From: Octopus sinensis | Taxonomy: Eukaryota | Direction: 5' to 3' | Assembly: GCF_006345805.1 (NCBI RefSeq) | Contig: NW_021825256.1 | Span: 1 to 15,044 of the forward strand | DNA: 15,044 nucleotides | In this document: one piece after another, positions 8,850-15,044 of the stretch | Numbering within the stretch: the stretch's first letter is position 1 | Layout of the letters: every line of letters starts with the position of its first letter | Program-made: the position numbers and the translations under genes | Notes under the pieces: generated by a model | Told to the model about the DNA's origin: nothing | Databases searched by the model: none | What the model saw: the letters and a program-made list of their open reading frames with translations, nothing else

Positions 8850-8850
8850 C
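7620..8850. repeat. Low-complexity field: degenerate GTT arm, GAG/AGG purine block, AAC-rich arm, (ACT)n(AAT)n(AAG)n and (AAT)n arrays
   Basis: Direct reading. Confidence 0.88.
8711..8762 (-). mobile_element. 3' tail remnant of an L2-type LINE or partner SINE
   Basis: Minus strand TTTCGCCCTGGTGGCAAATAAAAGAAATCATCCTCATC; the 16-mer AATAAAAGAAATCATC (8744-8729) is identical to the terminus of the L2-like fragment at 10860-10875. Confidence 0.55.
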
Positions 8851-9624
8851 GATGATAATGGAAACTAACGTCAGTTAAACGACGAAAATAGATTAAACAA
8901 ACATTGAAACAAAAATAATAAAAGAAAACGATGAACGTAAAATATAATATATATATATATACAAAAGAAGAAAAAAAACACGACAAATCGAATTTAATTT
9001 GCTTCGCTGCCGTGCCTTGAAATCCAGCGCTCCGTACGTGATCCGATACCGCGTTACTTTGGCTAGCATGCGATTATACAAGGCTAAAAAGAGACGTTTA
9101 TCTTTATTTCGTTAGTGTTTGGTTTATTTAGTTATTTATTTATTTATTTATTTTACAAACTACATCTACAAATCGAATAGGCAATTCACTGCAGTTTTTC
9201 CTCAACTCTTACTACCTCCCAATATTAGCCGCCACCACCATCACCACCTCCTCTGTCAACACGGTTAGCCATCTTAAATTCAAGTCCACTTATTTCTTAT
9301 TTACAAGCATTCGCTAAATGTTTGTACAGTTATTTGTTAGTTCTAAATATACACACACACATACATACCCTCCTCTCTATTTCTTCGTTTCTCTCTTTCT
9401 TTCTCTCATACTTCCAAACGCTATCTATGACTGACAACATATATATATTATATATATATATATGATATTTATATATATATATTATATATATATATATATA
9501 TATAATCATTTCGTTCTCAATCTCTTAATCGAATTCTCACTATCTCTCTCTTTTTTCTCTCATTTTCAAGTTCTTTCTAATCACTTTTTCTGTCTCTTCG
9601 TTTCCCCTTATTTCTCTCCCTCCC

Positions 9625-9661
<37 letters not shown>

Positions 9662-9994
9662 CCTTTACTTCCTATCTTACTGTTTTTATTACCTCCCTTC
9701 TTTACTTAGCTCTCCTATCATCTCTACCTTTCCTTCTTCCCAACAGCTTCTGACAGATGTGTTTTTCTTCAATTTTTTTTGTTCCGATTATTCATTTTGT
9801 ATTGTTTTTGTCGAGTTTTTTTTTCCAATTCCACTTCATTTTATTATCTTCTAACCGTTCTAAGTTGTGCAGTATCACGACAGCATTACTGAAAGTAGTA
9901 AGAACATAACAAACAATTGTTTATTTTCCGTTACAAATGTTGGTAGGATACACATTTTTCTTCAACATTATTATCATCAGCAGCAGCATTGTCA

Positions 9995-10416
9995 TCATAT
10001 TTCTTCTTCCTTCTCTTCCCTTTTCTTCTTCTTCTTCTTTTCTTCTTCTTCTTCTTCTTCTTCTTCTTCTTCTTCTTTCTCTTCTTCTTCTTCTTCTTTC
10101 TTCTTCTTCTTCTTTTCTTTCTTCTTCTTCTTCTTCTTCTTCTTCTTCTGCTTCTGCTTTCTCTTCCCCCTTGTTCTTCCTCTTCTTTTTCTTCTTTCTC
10201 TTCCCTCTTTCCTTCTTTTCCTTCTTCTTTCTCTTCCCCCTTTCTTCTTCTTTTTCTTTTTCTTCTTCTTCTTCTTTCTCTTCCCCTTTCTTCTTCTTTT
10301 CCTTCTTCTTCTTATTTTCCTTCTTCTTATTTTCCTTTTTCTTCTTCTTTTCCTTCTTCTTCTTCTCTTCTTCTTCTTCTTCTTCTTCTTCTTCTTCTTC
10401 TTCTTCTTCTTCTTCT
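9995..10416. repeat. About 420-bp near-pure polypyrimidine (TTC)n-type tract
   Basis: Direct reading; explains the poly-E/K, poly-S/F and poly-L ORFs at 9867-10538. Confidence 0.96.
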
Positions 10417-10878
10417 ACTTCACCCACAACGAATTTAGCGTATTCATCAGAAGGCGGGTGACTGCAACCAAAAGAATAAATGATTAAACTGAATGGCACT
10501 ATGCTGAACATGTGCCTCTCTATATTAGAATTCAACAACTTGACAAGAGTTGCACCCTTTGTTGTCAGAGCAATCCTAATTATGTGGAGGTTTTTCTGTT
10601 TGGCCCAAGCTGGAGGCTCTCCCGTCTCAGGAGGACTGCATCATCTCTGTGATTTAGGCTTTTATATAACATTGATAACTTTCATAGGTTTCGGCCAGTA
10701 TAGCCCAAGCCATTTCTACCTTAATAGCACCACCATACTGTATATAATTTTTATCACAGCTCACCTCCTCTTCGTTCCATCACCCACCCTTTTATGTAAG
10801 CCCATACGCAAATTGTAAACTGTCCTTGTAACACCATTCTCATCAGCTCCCTTGCGATGAATAAAAGAAATCATCATC
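10417..10878 (+). mobile_element. Decayed 5'-truncated L2/CR1-group LINE 3' end
   Basis: Pieces read TSPTTNLA / IRRRVTATKRIND / SNPNYVEVFL..RLSRLRRTASSL / LYNIDNFHR, resembling the L2/Crack C-terminus (W.G.S.T.L.LLDR.Q.RA.RLIND...SHP..V......RT..LWN.LP...FP..YN...FK). It ends in AATAAA plus an (ATC)3 tail. Confidence 0.65.
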
Positions 10879-11074
10879 GCCATTATTTCCATATCACTTC
10901 TCAAAGGTCTCGATCTTACTTGCTCTGGTTAATTCTGTAAGAAGGGCAGCAGCCTATTGTCAAAGGTCTCACGGGATCTCTTTTCACGAGACTTAACACC
11001 CAAATGCCAATCTCAAAATCCTTGCTGTCCTCAATAGAGTAGTTTTCTGAGCATGTTATTATATATATATATAT

Positions 11075-11292
11075 AAATCCCACCCCAACACCTAAACAAA
11101 ACGAAGAAAAAACACAAAAACAACAACGTGAGGACGTGGTACATGTAAAGTATTAGCACACTCTCAGGGAAGGAAAGAAAGATGGTTTAATGTTTCGAGC
11201 AAAGCTCTTCTTCAGAAAAAGAGGAAACACCAATAGAAAAAGAAGACGGACGAAAAGAATCGCTAACAATTCATATGTGGTTACATTTTGAA
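11075..11292 (-). mobile_element. Short Penelope-like (pLTR-type) element remnant flanked by (TA)n on both sides, carrying a hammerhead motif
   Basis: T-rich on the minus strand, about 220 bp, hammerhead motif about 110 nt upstream of the (TA)n tail; related to 770-940. Confidence 0.65.
11186..11218 (-). ncRNA. Minimal type I hammerhead ribozyme-like motif (canonical core CUGAAGA)
   Basis: TTT | CTGAAGA | A | GAGC-TTT-GCTC | GAAA | CATT | AAA. Stem III ACAU is a one-base (CpG-type) departure from the ACGU palindrome; triplet AUU at 11191-11189. Confidence 0.7.
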
Positions 11293-11360
11293 ATATATAC
11301 ATATATATTATAATAAGGACATAATTACAACTGGCGTTGTAATTATTCAATGTCCTATTA

Positions 11361-11364
<4 letters not shown>

Positions 11365-11405
<41 letters not shown>
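11365..11405. repeat. (TA)n microsatellite
   Basis: Direct reading. Confidence 0.95.
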
Positions 11406-11408
<3 letters not shown>

Positions 11409-11937
11409 GCGGTCAATTTTATCGAAAGTGTACTTTACTGAGGCATGTGGCCTTTGGACAACGTAAGAAATCGATATTACTTTCCAATAAGAGAGGGAAA
11501 TTTTCCTTTCGGCAGACCTAAAGTCGCCATCATTTACAGAAGATGAAAACTAGCAACCGTAGGTTTGCGTCTTTCCAAAATATTTGATTAGGGAACACAA
11601 CTGTATCGTTAACTCAGCTTTCTGTCACTTTCCTCCTATCTCTTCCTGAAACAGAACATACTATTGATGTTTTTATGTTGTCGTTTTATCCTTAAAAATG
11701 ATATAAAAGAAAATTCCGGTTGGGTGTTCTTGATTTAATCAACGACCGCGTTTTTGGCTGTTCTTTTACTACCACTTCAATTTATCATTTCATTTTATTA
11801 GCTCCTTTATTTTCATCTCATTTAACGTGTTTTATTGCCTTCAGTTATCTGTTCTTTTTATTACTTTCTCATCGTACTTCATTAAAATCTTTTAATAATT
11901 ATTTTATTATCATCTTTTATTTGCTATTTTAAATATG

Positions 11938-11996
11938 CATACATACATACATACATACATACATACATACATACATACATACATACATACATACAT
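11938..11996. repeat. (CATA)n microsatellite
   Basis: Direct reading. Confidence 0.96.
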
Positions 11997-12332
11997 GGTG
12001 GCTGCCCCCTCGTTATCGAATATGGCCATTGCACGAAGCTTAATCAATGTTGTTATCGTGCAATGCCTGTGCAAGAATATTTTTTTAAAGTGAGGAAAGG
12101 CTGTGCACTGAGTCAGTCCCACTCACTAAGCAACAGCAGCCATAATCTGAAAAGAAGAACAAGTCAACATCATTGGTAACCACTGAGTCGCAGGTTTTAT
12201 GTCGGAGTTATCCCAGTTACCTGAGTTACCTTCTCCTAGAAGGATGCCCTAACAAAGGCTGGGAGTCCTTCACTCCCAATGGTTTAACCGCGCGATCGGG
12301 TATTCAGTACGATTATTTCTATGTCCCCGCGC
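11997..12332 (-). mobile_element. Structured interspersed repeat between (CATA)n arrays, resembling an RTE-type LINE 5' UTR
   Basis: Minus strand CAGCCTTTGTTAGGGCATCCTTCTAGGAGAAGGTAACTC resembles a motif I recall from RTE 5' UTRs (AGCCTTGG..AGGCAACC..TCTAGGAGAAGGAAAACTC); two perfect hairpins present. Confidence 0.45.
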
Positions 12333-12497
12333 ATACATACATACATACATACATACATACATACATACATACCTACATACATACATAAATACATACATAC
12401 ATGCATATATACATACATACATACATACATGCATACATACATTCATACATACGTACATACATACATACATACATACATACATGCATACATACATACA

Positions 12498-12528
<31 letters not shown>

Positions 12529-12623
12529 CTGTAACATTTCCAACTCTTCTTCAATGAAATACATACATACATACATACATACATACATACATACATACAT
12601 ACATACATACATACATACATACA
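12333..12623. repeat. (CATA)n arrays interrupted by a unique island of about 30 nt (12529-12558)
   Basis: Direct reading. Confidence 0.95.
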
Positions 12624-12880
12624 TCTTTGAAAATCAAAGAGAAAAGGATAACTATGAACAACTGCTTCGAAATGCCTAACTGCCAGTCTTGATATACCAA
12701 CTGATTCGCACATTACAAATACATTCTGTTATCGGAACATTAAAACTATGCAAGACTATTCTCAGGTTTAAAATGTGACATTGTTTTCGTTATCAACATT
12801 TCAAAGATGGAGCTTTGCACCTTTGTTAGAAGTCATCCCCTTCTTCAGAGGAAGAATTTACATGATTAGCTACAGAAAAG
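12623..12880 (+). mobile_element. Second RLE (R4/Dong-type) 3' fragment with internal deletion, flanked by (CATA)n
   Basis: IFENQREKDNYEQLLRNA*LPVLIYQLIRTLQIHSVIGTLKLCKTILRFKM* (12623-12778); 3' UTR 12779-12880 aligns with 4588-4690 (shared CATTGTT, GTTATC, GATGG, GTTAGAA, CCCTTCTTC, AAGAAT, TACAGA in order). Confidence 0.8.
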
Positions 12881-12930
12881 ACATACATACATACATACAT
12901 ACATACATACATACATACATACATACATAC
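12881..12930. repeat. (CATA)n microsatellite
   Basis: Direct reading. Confidence 0.96.
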
Positions 12931-12995
12931 GGATGGTAACAAAGTTGAAGATCGGTGAAAAAGAGAATGCCTATGCTGGACTATTAAATGATTAA
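12931..12995 (+). mobile_element. Third short RLE-domain fragment
   Basis: VTKLKIGEKENAYAGLLND* resembles the D.N...KI.EKEN.Y..LLRNL segment also seen in KINKKENITG (4350-4380) and EKDNYEQLLRN (12641-12673). Confidence 0.5.
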
Positions 12996-13916
12996 ATACG
13001 GAAGACATACATATATACATAGGGAATGAGACATTTTACAGCAGTAATTCCGTTGCCCTTTTCCATCAACCACTTTCCTGGACTGTCTAAAGATTAAGAA
13101 CATAAATACGTGAAGCTTATGTTAAAAGTAACTACGATGTTTTTTTTGTTTTTTTTTCTGTGTAAAATTCAGAGGTTATATCGAACAAACACGTTATTAT
13201 TACACAAAAGATCGAAGTTAGTAAAGGGAGGTAAGTAGTAGACAGATTAAAAGAGCACATAGGAACACATAGACACAGAGAGAGAAACCAACAAACACCC
13301 TGAGGAATCGATCAGTTTCGGAAATAATGCAATACAGAAATATACATGCTTCCTTAGTCAAAATCGATGAATTGACATCGAATATGCTGGCCTGCGTATC
13401 TAAACCTACGTTTGAATCTTAGGAATTATGCTGCTGAAACACTATTGGCACCGTGTGTTGGATATTTACATAAAATGTTTCGCCTTACGAAAAGCAAAAA
13501 TAAGAAAATATAAAGAACTATCTTTAATCTCACCGCTGAACACGTATTTGGCGACGTAAACTTTTAAAGTTACAACACGCTACTGAACAAGTCCATCAAA
13601 TTGTTTGTTCAGCTGAAGACATTATTAGCTATAGCTAGTTATAACTTTTCAAGTTATATGCTCGTTTTAGATGGTTCTAGCGTGACGCGTTGAGTGTGAA
13701 CAGTCAGCAAAGAGTTTGCGTGTGTGAGTGTGTTTGTGTGTGTGTGTGCGCGCGTATGACAGAGAGCGGGTGTTTATAGCGTGGAGGTATTTGAATAATT
13801 TAGACTCCATACCGTCTGATAATTACAGCTGATTGAATGATGCTTTAACGAATCCATACATAGTCAGACAATCGTTGCATCAGATTAATTAATAGAGACA
13901 TAAATTGTAAACAGAC

Positions 13917-13934
13917 AGATAGATAGATAGATAT

Positions 13935-14016
<82 letters not shown>

Positions 14017-14041
14017 GGATGGATGGATGGATAGATAGATA
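13917..14041. repeat. (GATA)n/(GATG)n microsatellite
   Basis: Direct reading. Confidence 0.96.
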
Positions 14042-14325
14042 CTGCATACACACATTCATATTATCCATGCGTTCATACTTCTATAAATACAGGCGTACAC
14101 ATATGCATATTTATACATGTATACATACAAACAAACACACACACACATATATACACACACACACATTTGACCTAAGTGGGGGATGGACTAACCAACTTCA
14201 ACAGAAATTTGGGGCAGAGTAATTCATCAAAACAGCAGATAGCCTAAACCATTCTATACCAGAGTGAAAGATATCAGCTAATATTATCTGTAGCTGCCCA
14301 AAAGTCTCCCGCAGATATTACCTTC

Positions 14326-14342
14326 GCATCAGGCATAACATT
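14326..14342 (+). repeat. Left target-site duplication of the SINE dimer
   Basis: GCATCAGGCATAACATT vs GCATGAGGCATAACATT at 14752-14768 (16 of 17 identical). Confidence 0.85.
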
Positions 14343-14540
14343 CTTTTCTATTCTAGGCACAAGGCCCGAAATTTTGGGGGAGGGAGCCAGTCGATTACAT
14401 CGACCCCAGTACGCAACTGGTACTTAATTTATCGACCCCGAAAGGATGAAAGGCAAAGTCGACCGCGGCGGAATTTGAACTCAGAACGTAAAGACAGACG
14501 AAATACTGCTAAGCATTTCGCTCGGCGTGCTAACGTTTCT
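14343..14540 (-). mobile_element. tRNA-derived SINE, downstream monomer of a dimer (head lacks its first ~12 nt)
   Basis: Minus strand AGAAACGTTAGCACGCCGAGCGAAATGCTTAGCAG...GAGTTCAAATTCC (B-box)...GTCGATAAATTAAGTACCAGTT...GGGCCTTGTGCCTAGAATAGAAAAG. Confidence 0.9.
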
Positions 14541-14746
14541 TATTTCTTTATTACCCACAAGGGAGCTAAACATAAAGGGAACAAACAAGGACAGACAAGG
14601 GGATTAAGTCGATTACATCGACCCCTGTGCGTAACTAGTACTTAATTTATCGACCCCGAAAAGATGAAAGGCAAAGTCGACCTCGGGGGAATTTGAAACA
14701 CCGCCAAGCATTTCGCCCAGCGTGCTAACGTTTCTGCCAGCTCGCC
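14541..14746 (-). mobile_element. tRNA-derived SINE, upstream monomer of a dimer (different tail, ~23-nt head deletion)
   Basis: Minus strand GGCGAGCTGGCAGAAACGTTAGC (A-box region), body nearly identical to 14390-14480, tail ...TTGTGGGTAATAAAGAAATA. Confidence 0.9.
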
Positions 14747-14751
14747 TTCTT

Positions 14752-14768
14752 GCATGAGGCATAACATT
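14752..14768 (+). repeat. Right target-site duplication of the SINE dimer
   Basis: Direct repeat of 14326-14342. Confidence 0.85.
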
Positions 14769-14888
14769 GTGCCCAAAGCTATTTATTTATATTGCTGCTT
14801 AATTATATCTGAGGTACAAACTGAATGTATCTCCACCTTTAAAAATAGGAATACTTTAAAACAGAAAGTTCGGCAGACATGATATTAG

Positions 14889-14975
14889 TTTCAAATTTTG
14901 GTACAAGGCCAGCAATTTTGGGGTGAAGGGTGTCGATTACATCATGAAAAGGGTCTTCTGTGATATTTGAACTCA
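14889..14975 (-). mobile_element. Older, internally deleted copy of the same SINE family
   Basis: GGTACAAGGCCAGCAATTTTGGGG...GTCGATTACATC...ATTTGAACTCA aligns with 14356-14401 and 14473-14483. Confidence 0.75.
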
Positions 14976-15044
14976 AAATCAGAAGCAATCGAACAAGATA
15001 AAACTCGTGCTGCAATTCAAATTCTCTCTACTTAGCGTAAACCA

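Noticed and set aside
10420-10462. Minus-strand CACCCGC..CTGATGA..GTGGGTG, hammerhead-like
   Set aside because: No GAAA and no stem II, and the segment is explained as plus-strand L2-like coding sequence.
10480-10818. 112-aa hydrophobic ORF
   Set aside because: An alternative frame of the decayed L2-like fragment; no recognisable protein.
10901-10970. TCAAAGGTCTC repeated twice 59 bp apart
   Set aside because: Only two copies with no insertion structure between them; not CRISPR-like and not a convincing TSD.
13299-13335. CTGAGGA-ATCGATCAGTTTCG-GAAA, hammerhead-like
   Set aside because: Weak stem II, no stem I pairing and no Penelope-like context; probably chance.
527-14222. Most ORFs in the supplied track ([16 protein letters not shown], poly-I/N/E/K/S/F/L)
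   Set aside because: They are translations of di-, tri- and tetranucleotide microsatellites with no domain content.

Overview
AT-rich, microsatellite-saturated eukaryotic non-coding DNA (intergenic or intronic), very likely from an octopus. That call rests on tRNA-derived SINEs and other repeats I recognise from memory of Octopus repeat families; I did not search a database. I find no intact protein-coding gene: almost all ORFs in the track are translated microsatellites. What the window does hold is a set of retroelement relics: (i) short (TA)n/(CA)n-anchored Penelope-like elements, two of which carry related minimal hammerhead-ribozyme motifs (814-849 +, 11186-11218 -), plus two more degenerate candidates; (ii) several fragments of one restriction-like-endonuclease (R4/Dong-like) non-LTR family whose 3' ends run into (CATA)n; (iii) an RTE C-terminal fragment fused to one of those fragments; (iv) a decayed L2/CR1-group 3' end; (v) several tRNA-SINEs, including a dimer bracketed by one 17-bp target-site duplication. 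The most interesting leads are the hammerhead-bearing mini-elements with a non-canonical core and the CATA-anchored RLE retrotransposon family.
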